From NCBI GenBank assembly GCA_026936335.1, contig JAPMXV010000074.1, forward strand, positions 1 to 64,000: DNA of 64,000 bases. Reading direction: 5' to 3'. Below, in pieces: positions 47,901 to 58,600 of this stretch. This stretch comes from Mantamonas sphyraenae STR306 (Eukaryota; Protista; CRuMs). A program made the translations under genes and the position numbers. Each line of letters starts with the position of its first letter. Positions within the stretch are counted from its first letter, which is position 1. The notes under the pieces are model-generated. The model did not search any database and was not told the origin of the DNA. It was given only the letters and a program-made list of their open reading frames with translations.

Positions 47901-50422
47901 TGGAGGTGCCGCTGGTACAATCATCTGCCGCGAGCATGGATGGCACATCTGTCGGCACATCTGCGCTAAACATGGCCGCAGCGGCGATGGGAATCAGCGC
48001 ACAAAGGACGCAAGAGACGGCGGGCAGTGGCAACAACACACGCAATGGTCACAAGTCGCGCGGGTCGCAGCGTTCGTCGTCGAGGCTAGCGTACGCGGAG
48101 GAAGATGGGTTTGGCATTGTCATGTCGCACCTGGCAGGGTTCTTGAGCAATGTGCACGCGTCTGAATTGCTGGTGCGACTGACGCTGTTTGACGAACGCA
48201 CGGGCGAAGAGTTGCCCGGTGGGTTCTGGGAGGGTGAACCGGTGCATCTGGAGGACATGATGGGAGACGTGCCACTGGATCAGCACTGCACATTCCCAGG
48301 GTTTCCGTACACAAAGGGTGCGGTGGTGGTGATCGAGCTGCTCACATTGACGCAGGAGGAGCAAGAAGTGGTGAATGAGGCTTGGTCGTACTTGCCGCTG
48401 TTCACGACGTCTGGCAAACGCATCACACTCAACAAGCGTACACAAAGTCTTCCTCTGTACCGCGGAGACATCAGCATCCCTCCGACACGCAACGCGCTGC
48501 ACAGTCCGGCCACGTTGCAGCTGCAACTGTTGCCTGGGAGCGAGATGGAAACGGCCATTGCACGCGCACCCTCGTCCAACTCTGGCAAAGGCAAGCAGCA
48601 GCAGCAGCAGCCACAAAAGCAAGCGCTGGGCAGCATGGTGCGTACGCCTAGTCAATTGGACAGGGTAGACGAGGAGGAGGAACAAGAGGAGGAGGATGAA
48701 GGCGAGGAGGAAGAGGAACGAGAGGCTCCTCGCTCAAGGCAACGGGGGGGCAAGTCCAAGACGCCGACGGCTGCCACGTCATCCTCGTCTTCGTCGTCGT
48801 CGTCATCATCGTCGAAACGACGCAAGGAGGAACAGGGCGATGTGGAGGACGCCTGGTTGGATGTGCCATGGCGAGACCCTGGATCCAAAACCTTTGATCA
48901 TGCCAAGGACTCGTTTGTGGTGCGTGTGGACGCCGCGCGACTGTTGCCATACAACGTAACGGTGACAAAGGCGGTGTGTGAAGTGTTTGGAGCGAAGCGG
49001 AGCCTGCTGGCAGAGGGCATGGCAATGGCCGACCTGGATGCACACTTTCAGTGCCCCACGTTTGACTTGCGTGTGTCTGTGGACAGCGAAGCCCTGGCAG
49101 GCGATGATTTTGATGCCAGCGAAGTGTTTTTGCGCTTCAGCGTCATCACGGTGGACGAGACGACGGGCAAGTACGGCGGCGCCGGGTTCGCCGTGTTGCC
49201 TGCCTTTCTGGCTCGCAAGGGAAACAAGAGCCCATCGGGAGGCAGTGAGGCGTTCCGTCTGAACGAGGGTGCGTTTCAGCTGCCGCTGCGCTCGGCTGGG
49301 CGAGGGAAGGACAGTGTGTGGGGCACAGAGATGTTGGACGACGTGCCACGTGTGTCCGGAGCTTCGTTGCTCGTGCGCATCGCTCGCAGCGGCAGCAAAG
49401 ACGACTCGGGACCTGCGCCGCCGTACAGTTCGCGGGCGTACGATTCTTCTCGCAGCCAGCCGGTGGACAACGTCGAACGCGATGTGATCCGTGCCAAGGC
49501 GGCGGCGGTGGCACGAGAACAGATCAAGGTGCGTCAGCGGCTGGGAGCTCTGGATGCCTACGAAGAGGTGGACGAGAGCAATGACGAAGCTGTGCGCAAC
49601 GCCATGCAAACTGCGCTGGAGCGTGGACGGGACGATCCAATTACGGCTGGATACAACCACCGATACGAGCCGGAGATGGGGTTGGTTTTCTCTGTGGAGT
49701 CTGCACACCAGTTGCCCAAGAATGTGGTGTACAACGTGGTGTACTGCCCGTCACCTCCCACGGCTGCACGCTTTTACGACACAACCACTCCACTGACAGA
49801 CGGCGTGCGCTACACACGCGATCGCGACTGGGACTCGCTGCAGAAACATCCGGTGTTTCAGGACGGCTTGACGCTGATACAGGACGTGCCATACACCGAC
49901 AACACAGTAATGGTTCTGGATGTGTGCTCTGCCGTGTTTGACAAGGCAGAAAAGGAGCTGTCCATCGAACATGTGGCCTGGGGTGTGTTGCCCTTGTTCG
50001 ACGACGGCTTTGTACGCCACGGACCCGTCGTCGTGCCACTGTACACGGGTCCGCAACAAGCCATCCTCAAGATCATTCTGGATGGCAGCGGCAGCGATGT
50101 GTCGTATGCGTTGGCTGCTGCGGCCGACGACAGCCGTAACAAATCTGTGAACCGTCTGCAGTGGGCCTCGGTGCTTGTCCAGCTCAGCGACGTTTCGGAC
50201 GAAGCCCTTTTGCCCGATTCGGTGACTATCCGCACACGGCGTGGTCTGGACACGTCCATGCTGCCCAAGGCCAAACGAGACAAGTACCTTGCCTTCACCT
50301 CGGGCGGCCTGACACAAAAGAAGTTGGCCAAGGCGGCGGGCAAACGGGGAGTGGAAAAGTTCAATGACATGCTGCTGAGTGCGTTTGAAGAGGAGACAGG
50401 CATTGGGTTGCTGGGACGATGA
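44951..50422 (+). CDS. CCDC17: CCDC17-like protein: N-terminal C2HC-type zinc finger, coiled coils and several C2-like domains
   Basis: MKCSTCKLVFSSAEALANHKANFC and AYDSEQGVGLFMDFAVGL resemble my recollection of CCDC17 motifs. Repeated (G/A)W..LPLF strands are typical of ciliary C2 domains. Confidence 0.7.
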   Translation: MKCSTCKLVFSSAEALANHKANFCGGGTLNSTYLASPPSSSPPTSPRALVGNPRRDMSLAELREQYQTKTSKADVERRVKESQEQQMADELVKFRSEQRRIREAREAEEARLLAELKELEAQKAKQLKETMEKLELQQGLAELDPSKLAELNRAASTSLRELQRRRDELRAEEERMLQDLEGMEASARGEQVAYQRSVGYGAGGALTKTAGDARQTEEHARTTAALSQQRMALEAQRMEVLHKLANLGADGAMEELDSTWEEAEMDEQAARLESRRLKMAQDVDEEVAYVRETSRMLQAMRPEHLGEDEQDVDGTRAARAKYDMLMDSIDEVQKTSQEAMAGVMTMGVRASTHEQRKLAQRYEQERQALQRERAALLKEKQQAKRQKSKQAATQAQMDSRARELSKLEQKLGHEYQVKLLNAKYGLAEHEEDSQDDDEQGEGDDEEYDEDTGTQHQQHMDSPSPHRSPEAHVQAPQPAQSHRHRTGRRSRVQYEEVSGYEQRRPQARSRSQQSHTTTMLQEITGEINLLKQMYMENLEQGREDEDILQMIDDLEQEAALLMNTSSNSGYGQPQHEHHLLDARQHAFSSMDRNGTVQASPSSNPMLAQIQKQVQETQSMLEAFEEENRRLQAEMDSLASQRQQERLAEQQRGIDRTMQKLVSLLPAAGGQFAMQGASAGGLNSTGLQDSASAGMVSTQPLGPEDEELEQLRVQHKREMARLQFEKELMQQKAELARLRKAAQEEEEKEKEEKERAQWIQEQKRKVIEAKVQAQLAKERPLQAPSAMSMHDTEAYDSEQGVGLFMDFAVGLPRRTVASRLVYGFFDEGKRLDKLRKSPQSDTAAEGPSHSMCVYAAKQWYKRVPSSSGLRCVIELQDCVAPATGPNNPAKYQSLGWTSLALFDAREGNLIDGLYKCPVFRQPVDAVAAGSAAFEKLARVPKMFLYVRIVHGRHYEDESALGVSPGNAGNYRVPSEMRALVNPGGGVEVPLVQSSAASMDGTSVGTSALNMAAAAMGISAQRTQETAGSGNNTRNGHKSRGSQRSSSRLAYAEEDGFGIVMSHLAGFLSNVHASELLVRLTLFDERTGEELPGGFWEGEPVHLEDMMGDVPLDQHCTFPGFPYTKGAVVVIELLTLTQEEQEVVNEAWSYLPLFTTSGKRITLNKRTQSLPLYRGDISIPPTRNALHSPATLQLQLLPGSEMETAIARAPSSNSGKGKQQQQQPQKQALGSMVRTPSQLDRVDEEEEQEEEDEGEEEEEREAPRSRQRGGKSKTPTAATSSSSSSSSSSSSKRRKEEQGDVEDAWLDVPWRDPGSKTFDHAKDSFVVRVDAARLLPYNVTVTKAVCEVFGAKRSLLAEGMAMADLDAHFQCPTFDLRVSVDSEALAGDDFDASEVFLRFSVITVDETTGKYGGAGFAVLPAFLARKGNKSPSGGSEAFRLNEGAFQLPLRSAGRGKDSVWGTEMLDDVPRVSGASLLVRIARSGSKDDSGPAPPYSSRAYDSSRSQPVDNVERDVIRAKAAAVAREQIKVRQRLGALDAYEEVDESNDEAVRNAMQTALERGRDDPITAGYNHRYEPEMGLVFSVESAHQLPKNVVYNVVYCPSPPTAARFYDTTTPLTDGVRYTRDRDWDSLQKHPVFQDGLTLIQDVPYTDNTVMVLDVCSAVFDKAEKELSIEHVAWGVLPLFDDGFVRHGPVVVPLYTGPQQAILKIILDGSGSDVSYALAAAADDSRNKSVNRLQWASVLVQLSDVSDEALLPDSVTIRTRRGLDTSMLPKAKRDKYLAFTSGGLTQKKLAKAAGKRGVEKFNDMLLSAFEEETGIGLLGR

Positions 50423-50546
50423 AGGAAATGGAAAGAGCAGACGCGCGCGCCCCCGCTGCAACCACAACACATCCCCACACGTCCACCCACACCCACACCC
50501 ACACCCACACCCCGCCTGGCCCACCAGCCACGAACCACACACAACC

Positions 50547-51548
50547 ATGGGTGAGCGCATGCCACAGCAAAAGTACATTCCGATCAACTATGATCCAAGC
50601 AAGGTGCCGCGGATGAAAAAGAAGAAGAAGGGCACGGTGCAGGAGGAGTCACGCATCATGATTCCAATGAGCATCAAGTGTCTGACGTGTCGCGAGTACA
50701 CAGGCTCAGGCACCAAGTTCAACGCACGCAAAGAGGTGACACGGGAGGCGTACTTGGGGATCAAGGTCATCCGCTTCTACTTCAAATGCAAGTGGTGTGG
50801 GGCAGAGACAATCATGAAAACCGACCCCAAGAACGCAGATTATGTGATGGAAAAGGGGGCACAGCGCAACTACGAGCCCTGGAAAGACGAAAACGAGCTG
50901 ACCGGGACGGAAGACGAGCCCGAGGGCGAAGACGCACAGACGGAGGCCGAGAAAGACACCATGAAGATGTTGGAGGCAAAGGTGCAGAGCAACAAAATGG
51001 AAATGGAGGCCCTGGACCAGCTGGACGAGCTGCGGACGCAGAATGCTGCGCTGGGCAAGATCAGCAGTGAGGAGCTTCTCGCACGCCACCAACGCGGCGC
51101 CCTGGGCAAGGACGGCGGCCAGGAGGACGGCTTTATGAATGGTGACATTACAGAAGAGGACGAGGCACACATTGCAAAGCAGTTTGCCATCAAGCGACTG
51201 GACGACGCAGAGCTGGAACACAACGCCGGTGAGGCATCGGGTGGCGCCTCGACCCTTGTGTTTGGTGGCGCTTCGGCGAAGCGGAAAAGGGCCATGGACT
51301 CGCTGGTGAGTGCTGTCATGGTCAACGACCCAAATGAGACCCGTAGCGAGAGTGTAGACGACAGCCAAACATTGGTGGTGGCTGTGGAGAGCCGGAAGAA
51401 GCGGAAGGGCAAGGCAAAGGCAAAGGGAAAGAAAGCCAAGACGGAGAACAGCAACACAGTCAGCCAAACGGGCGTGGGTAGCAGCAGCACTGGCGCTGTG
51501 TCACTCTTGGGAGGCTATGGAAGCGACTCGAGCGACGACGAGGACTGA
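50547..51548 (+). CDS. YJU2: Splicing factor YJU2/CWC16/CCDC94
   Basis: MGER...KYIPxNYDPSK, CLTCREY..GTKFNARKE, YLGIKVIRFYFKCxxC and KTDPKNADY. Confidence 0.95.
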   Translation: MGERMPQQKYIPINYDPSKVPRMKKKKKGTVQEESRIMIPMSIKCLTCREYTGSGTKFNARKEVTREAYLGIKVIRFYFKCKWCGAETIMKTDPKNADYVMEKGAQRNYEPWKDENELTGTEDEPEGEDAQTEAEKDTMKMLEAKVQSNKMEMEALDQLDELRTQNAALGKISSEELLARHQRGALGKDGGQEDGFMNGDITEEDEAHIAKQFAIKRLDDAELEHNAGEASGGASTLVFGGASAKRKRAMDSLVSAVMVNDPNETRSESVDDSQTLVVAVESRKKRKGKAKAKGKKAKTENSNTVSQTGVGSSSTGAVSLLGGYGSDSSDDED

Positions 51549-51556
51549 AACAGGTC

Positions 51557-51859
51557 TTTGCGACCGACCGTGAACACTGCTGTGCTTTGTTGAAAAACAA
51601 TAGAAATCCATCCTTTCGATGGAGTCGGTCGCAAATCCCGTGCCGTCAGCCGCCCGTCACCTCGCCCGCCTTTATTTAGTCTTGTGGTGCTCTGTTCTCA
51701 CTCCTTGCGCAGTTTCCGCTCGTTTCAGCCCGCAGCCGGAATGCGGAATACACGAAATTCCGGCGAACGGCTCTGCCTCTTGGCCCGACTGTTCTGGCGC
51801 GGGTAGCTCGTATCCTTCGGAATCAGATGGGATACTTCACGCCGTGGGTCCTGGGCTGA
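51557..51859. ncRNA. Candidate structured RNA or cis-element, family unassigned
   Basis: A perfect 12-bp inverted repeat (51557-51568/51624-51635) encloses two hairpins. A second domain has nested stems between 51725 and 51859. Confidence 0.3.
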
Positions 51860-52373
51860 TGCAGATGGTGTGCATCGAGCAGATGCGGGGTGTCTGTCAC
51901 CTGGCCTTGTGTCCTCGACTACTGCATTCCGCGTGCTTCTTTGGGCTGCGTCCATTCGTGTGTCCGCATCGTTGAGAGGACTCTTGGGACTCATGTGTCC
52001 ACCGGACGCCATCCCAGTGACCAACAGACCCAGCCAAAGAAACAAGGTTGCACGCTTCATGATGGCTGCGGTGGCGCAAGGGAAGCATCCTCGTGCACAC
52101 GCATCCATGTGTGTGTTGAATGTCAATGCATTCATCTGCATTCATTCATTGCAGGATTCGTCGTGGGGATGAGGGAGCAGACGCGGCATGTGACCATGTG
52201 GCTCAGGCCAAACACATCATCCAATTCGTGGATAGTGGCGCTTCTGTGTGTCTCATGCACAGTATCATGTGTTGGAGAGCATCGTGTGACTTTTCAGGAT
52301 GTCTCCCCTGGTGGTCAACCATGTTCACGCTGTTCTGCACGACTGAAACAACGAAAACCGTATCACCCGCACG

Positions 52374-52586
52374 ATGTCCACCATCCCCACATCTGAACAT
52401 CACACTCTTGCATACGACGCACTCCAGCAGGTGCTGTACGTGGCGTCGGGAAGCAAGATTGACAAGGAAAAGGGTGGGGCCAAGCTGGATGTGCGTGTAC
52501 TGGATCTGGATCTGCAATTGGTGCTTGATCTGGGTGCCAACGATGAGGAGGCCAAGCAGGAAGAGCCGAAGGATAGCAGCAGTAGC

Positions 52587-52618
<32 letters not shown>

Positions 52619-55600
52619 TGGCAATGAGAGCAGCAACAGCAGCAGCGCAGAGACGAGCGAAGGCACAACATCTGGGGCGGCTGCGAATTCCGACAAACCG
52701 GAAAACGCGCCCACGGACGAGACAGAAGCAGAAGAGGACAACGATAAGAGCAAGCTCTTTCTGGGATATCTTCCGAACGCATGCAAGGTTGTGGGACGCA
52801 GCGGGGCGCGTGTCAACGCGCGCGCGACAGGTGCGGACCGTGTCAACCTGCGCACACTGCTGAACAACGCGGCTGTGCTGGAGCTGGAGATGAGTGCGAT
52901 GGCAGCCAAGACCATGGGTACAGGCAACGAGGGCTGGGGCACGGTCAACATGCACCAGCAGCTGATCAGCGATATTGTTGAGCAGCTACAGCTTGCCCCT
53001 GATTTGCCCGAAGAGCTCGCACAATTGGACAACACTGCCAACGAGGACGCTGCCATCATGGGGCTGGAATTGCCCAGCCCCGGTGCAGACGCCAACGCAG
53101 GCAACGACGACGAGGAGGAGGAGGAGGAGGAAGAGGAAGAGGAAGCGGGCAAGAAGAACGCCAAGGACAACGACGGAGAGGATGAGAAGAAGGGCGACGA
53201 TGAGGAGGCAGACACCGAGGGCACAGACGGAAAAGGGACAGGCAGCAAAGCAAACGCACACCCTATGCGACATGTGTTTGACACGGTTGTGCTGTCGCTG
53301 CACGAAGCCGAAGGGTGGGCAGGCGTGTTTGACGTGTTTGCCGTGATGTCGAATTACGCCTATGTGCAGATGGTGCGGCAGTCTCTGCAGAACATGATGG
53401 AGTCGTTGCGTGACCTGTACAGCCCCGAATTGACGAGCCAGCAATACTATCCGCCTCAGTTGAGCCCCGAGGCGGCGCAGAAGAGGGCCAACTCGGAAAT
53501 GGGCCGCTGGTGGTCCCTGCGCACCTGGGACGACGACTTTCGCTACGCCACACGCAAGAACCTGGCACGCGCAGGCCTCTATCGCAAGGACAACTACACG
53601 TCGGATCTTGTGTGTTGGAAGTGTCAGGTGACCATGGGCGGTTGGCAGTACAACGACGACCCGTACCTGGAACACGAGATTGTTTCCCACAACTGTGCAC
53701 CGCAGTATGGCATGCCCGAGGTGCACATGGAAGACGTCACGTCGTCTCTGGTGGCCGTGACACACGCCGAGGGCGCAAACGCCGTGGCAAAGAAGGAGGT
53801 GCTGCTGGCCACAGCTCAGGCTCTGCCCAAACCCACTTTGCCTGAGACGGCCAAAGACATCCGCGTGTGGGCGCTCGACGTGCACAACGACCTCATGCTC
53901 ACTGTGGGCGACAGTGGCGAGGGAGACAAGGAGGCGACCACCATGGTGGTTTGGGACCTCGAGGTGGCCAACCTGGCCATTGCCAGCGTCAAGCTGTCCA
54001 TGATGGGTACCACCTGTGCTGCATTTGTGCAGAACGAGGCACGCAAACGTGTGCCCGGCATCCTCATGGGTTCTGAGCACTATGTGTACAGCTACGCGTT
54101 TGCAGAGAGCAGTTCCTTCTCCAACATTCACATGCACCGCCACCTGACCAAGCTCACCCACGTGGGCTCCCTCGAGCTCGAGTCGGACGTTCTCGCCCTG
54201 CACGCCCTGCCAGCCACAACCAACCTCGCCCTGGCTCTCACGCGCACTCACCTCGTCCTCATTCGCATCGACGACAACGGCGCCTCGCTCGATCAGCTTG
54301 CCACCCTCCCTCTCGACGTGCCCGACATGGAAACCGTCGAGCCCGAGCGTGTGGCCCTTGTGCCGCTTGCAGACTCGCTGCAGATGTGTCTGCTGACGCC
54401 GACCCAGTTGCTGTTGGTCGACGTCGACCCCGAAGAGGGCTCGCTGGTGCTTGCGCAGCCCAACCCGTTTGCTGTGCCTGCGGACGGCACGCACTTCACT
54501 GCTGCCGTGTATGTGCCACCCCGGGACGCGGTGGTGTGCACATGCGCAGACGGCACGGTGACGAGCACCCTTCTGCGGCAAATCAGCAAGGACGACGCCG
54601 ACAAGGCGGCCGAGGCACAGGTGAACATGGACAACCTGCAGGCAGTGACCAAGTGTGTGTCTGCGCAGCTGTTGCCCCTGCGTCCGCAGATGCCCTGGGG
54701 CATGTATGTGCTGCCAGGGCCCTTTTCGCTCGACAGCTCGCGCTACGTGTACATGGACGGACCACCCATGCAGACCAGCGCCACTTCACTGATCACGCGT
54801 TTGCTCCTGGAGCAGCCCGTGTTTCTCAGCCGCCTGGAGCTGACGGTGGCGCTACGGTTGGCCCAGCACACCAGGTATGGGGGAGGCGGACAGACCCAAA
54901 CCTTCCCCAACAACACGCTTACGATATACGGCGTCTACAATGACCCCAAGACGGGCAAGCGGGTGCGCGAGGCGTGTGTCGCCGCCACAAAGCTGGTGGA
55001 CGTGGGCATCTCCACGACCGTCCCCAAACCCTTCCACCTGCAACTGCTGCCCAGCGTCAAATCTCGCCGCAAGCCCATCTACGAGCTGCAACTGGAGTAC
55101 AGCACGGGTCAACAGTACACCACCGTCATGTTCAAGTCGCTTGCATTGCAGGTGCACGGCACACCCAGCGACACGCCGCTTTTGCGTGCCGCTGTGCTCA
55201 AGACGTCCTTTCACGACGAGTTGCTTGCTGCCGTGACTGCTCCTTTGCCCGAGGGCAACCCGGGAGCAGTGCGAGCCGACGCCGTACGGCGCATCCTTGC
55301 GCTGCGCACGCTGCAGGGACTGACCGCGCAGCGTAGCGTGCGCCACGCCGTGCGAGAACAAGCCACCGTGGAGCGCATTGTGCACGCCTGTATGCTGTTG
55401 CACCCGTGTCTCTCACTCGCCGATGATCTGGCACGTGCTGCGTTTGGCTGTCTGGATGTGGTCGGCGTTGTTGTCGACTCGTGCCTGGACGCCATTCTGG
55501 ACAGCACTCACGCCCTGGGTGTGCTTTTGCTCCTCGAGCTGCACCGTCGCTTCAGTGTCAAGCATCGCGTGCCTGCGGTGGCCTCTGCCATGCGCCTCCT

Positions 55601-58600
55601 GCATGCCACCAGCACACAGTATGCGGCTTCGCTGCAGGATGCCGACCCGCTGTACATGCAAACTCATGCCCAGGGCCTCTTTGGCAGCCCGTTGCGCCTG
55701 AATGCGTTCACCAGTGCCAAGGCCCTTGTGCATCTGCAGTCGCTGGGTTCGGTTGTCAATTGGGACATGCCCTACCTTCCCACGGGCCTGCCTTACATCA
55801 AGGCCACACGTGTCGACCAAGCGGGACGCGTGTTGACGTCGCCCGTGCCCATCACTGCCGCCACCCAGCTGGTCCTCGACTTTGGTGTCCCTGTGCGCCT
55901 GCATGCCCTGCGTCTGCCGCCGCGCAAGAACATGCAATCGTTGAGTGTTTTTGGCTCAAACACCGCCGACACGGCCGCCGACGGCGTGGTCCTGACGCCG
56001 CTTGTGAGCACGGTGGACATGAGCAAACACGGCGAGGGGAGCCTGCACGCAGCCAAGGCCGACGCACCTGCCTTCCGATACCTGATGGTCGGCGTGGAGA
56101 TCAAGCCCGGCGACAAGGATGCCCTGCAGCTGGGTGCAAACATGTTCCTCGGCCGCTACGCACTGCCTCTCAGTGAGGCCGAAGCCAACGACGATCTCAT
56201 GGAACAGACTCGCAGCACACTTACGTTTGTGCGAGCTGAACTCGACGCAGCCGACAGCCAGTATGCAGAAGCCGTCGCCTCTTTGGCAAAGAAGGTCGAT
56301 GCAACCACATACGCCGACGTTCAGGAGACACAACATGCGCTCTGGCAGCTCGTGCATGCAGCCACACAGCTCGGCGAGTTTCTGGGCGTCGATGTAGCCA
56401 GCGAGCTGCCCACCGCCCTCTCCACGCACGGCTGCGTTTCCGACCGTGCTAGTCTCATCACCGACTTTGTGGCACGCACACTGGCCGACGCCCTGGGCAA
56501 CCAGAATGACATTCTGCTGGGCGAAACAGCAGACGACGCCGGTGAAGGCGACGAAGAAGGTTCCGGGGAAGACGAGGCAATGGCTCGCATGCACAACAAC
56601 GTGGTTGACATTGCATGGGAGGTGGCTGAGCTGCTCCTCGGCTCCGATTATGTCAACCAAATGCGTCTGCACAGCCAAGAGGTCAAACTCGAATCGCAGA
56701 CCTCCGAGGACGCCGCCGGATTGGCCGAGCTCGTGGCTGCCAGCAAGGCCGCAGAGGCATCCTCATCCTCATCCTCATCCTCATCCAGCAGCAGCAGCAG
56801 CAGCAGTGAATCCACCGGGTCCACTGAGGATGCAGGCGACAGTGCCTCTCAAACACACGCAAAAGACGAGGACGGAGACAACGATGAGTCGGCTTCACAG
56901 GATGAAGAGGACAACAGCAAGGCAAAGAAAAAGGGCAAGCAAGCACAGGAGGGGGAGGAGGAGGAAGTGTTCCAGCCGGTGGACATTGCGGTTGTGCGGT
57001 CGCTGGTGGAGACTCTGGCCGCATGTGGTGCGTCTGCCTCGGCGTGGCACTCTGTGTCATCCATTGTACGCAGCGTAGCCAAGCTGATCAAGCCCAAGGA
57101 AGAGTGGCAGACGTTGGTTGGTCACCAGGTGGCCACACAGCTGACCAACGACGACCTGGTTTGGCTGCAGCCGCAACAGCTGTACAACACTCTCGTTCGC
57201 ATGGTGCAACACAAACCCAGCATGGACGACCATTTCCGTGGCCTCTTTCAGCATCTGGACACCAGTCTGGACACAGAGGCCCGCGAGCAAACCATCTGGC
57301 TCATGGCCCTCATGAAGCACTGCACCCCACTGCCCCGCCCTCGCGATGAACCGGTCACCGACGACAACAACGAGGCAGCCGCACAAGGCGCCGACGAGGA
57401 GAAGCAACAGGGCGAGGACACGACCGCAGAAGCAGCAGATGCCGAGGCGGAAGCGACAGGCGGTGCGGACGGCAACGAGACAAAGGGCAAGGCTGCAGAC
57501 GCCGTAACCGCCGAGGATAACGCAGAGGCCACATCCTCCTCCTCCTCCACCGCCGACGCCGAGGATCAGGAGACGGAAGAGGCGGCAGAAGCAGACAGTG
57601 GCAAGGTCGACTCGAAACAGCGCCAGCACCGCGTGGAACAGCTCAAGCAGGTTGCGGAAAAGGCAAGCTTCGACGAGTGGTCCCAGGTCAGCTCAATTGT
57701 GAGCAGCCTGTGGCAAGGTGAAGGGAGCATCCCGGCGGACTTGCTGCAGGCGATGACCAGCTTCGACAACGGCAAGGGCTACGAGATTCTGCAAGCGGCT
57801 GTGTATGAAGCCGGCTACCTGCAACAGGAGAAGGGCAACGTGGCGTCGCAGGATCTGTACGAATATCTGGAGCAGCAGGACAGCACGCAGGTCCTGGACC
57901 ATCTCATGCGCTTTGCAGAAGAATCACTCAACGCAGGGGATCAAGAAGTGTTCCTGTTGGCCATGGAGACGCTGAGCGGTCTTGCGCCGCTGTTGCCATC
58001 CCTTGTGGACAGCCAACTTGTGCAGCACGCCTCGTTGGCTCGCGTTGTCAGCCAGAGCATGCGCCTGTCCACAGTTGCATTCTGGGCTCGCACGGCTGTG
58101 GTTGAGCTGCTGGAGGCGCTGGTTGCCATTGCCACAGGCAACGACGCACATACTGCCGCTCTGCAGGAGTTGCTCATGCAGAGCGTGTCCAGCGCCGATT
58201 GGGAGTGTGTCGATCTCATCCTCGACCTGCTGGTGGAAACCTGCCGTGCTCACCCAGAACGCAAACTTCCCCACCCGTTTCTGCACCTCATCGTGCAGCA
58301 AGTGCAACTGCACGCCGACTGCCGCGCTGGTACCGTCGACGTGCGCACGGTGGGCACTGCGCTGCGCCTGCTGGCCGTTGGGTTCCGGCCCGCGCAGTTG
58401 CTGGACAATGCCCAGCTTGTGGAGCTGCTGCGTGCCCTGCTGCAAGCACAGGACCAGCATCTGCTTGTGGCCGACTTTCGCCAGCTGTGTGCCTCGGCCG
58501 ATCTCAGTCCCGTGCTGCAGCAAATCGTGTTTACCCACGCTGAGGAGGCCCTCACGTGCACCTCGTTCCCGCTGCTTTTCTACCACGCCCTCATGGCCAC

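Noticed and set aside
51557-51635. Hammerhead ribozyme
   Set aside because: GAAA-stem-GTC is suggestive, but the CUGANGA core is absent.
51780-51850. 5S rRNA or U3 snoRNA on the minus strand
   Set aside because: Only short motif resemblance; the other conserved boxes are missing.
20811-52350. Genome-wide UGA reassignment suggested by in-frame TGAs at 20811 and 52287/52344
   Set aside because: Multi-kb ORFs with many Trp and Cys residues contain no in-frame TGA, and TGA cleanly terminates YJU2 and the LEA paralogues.
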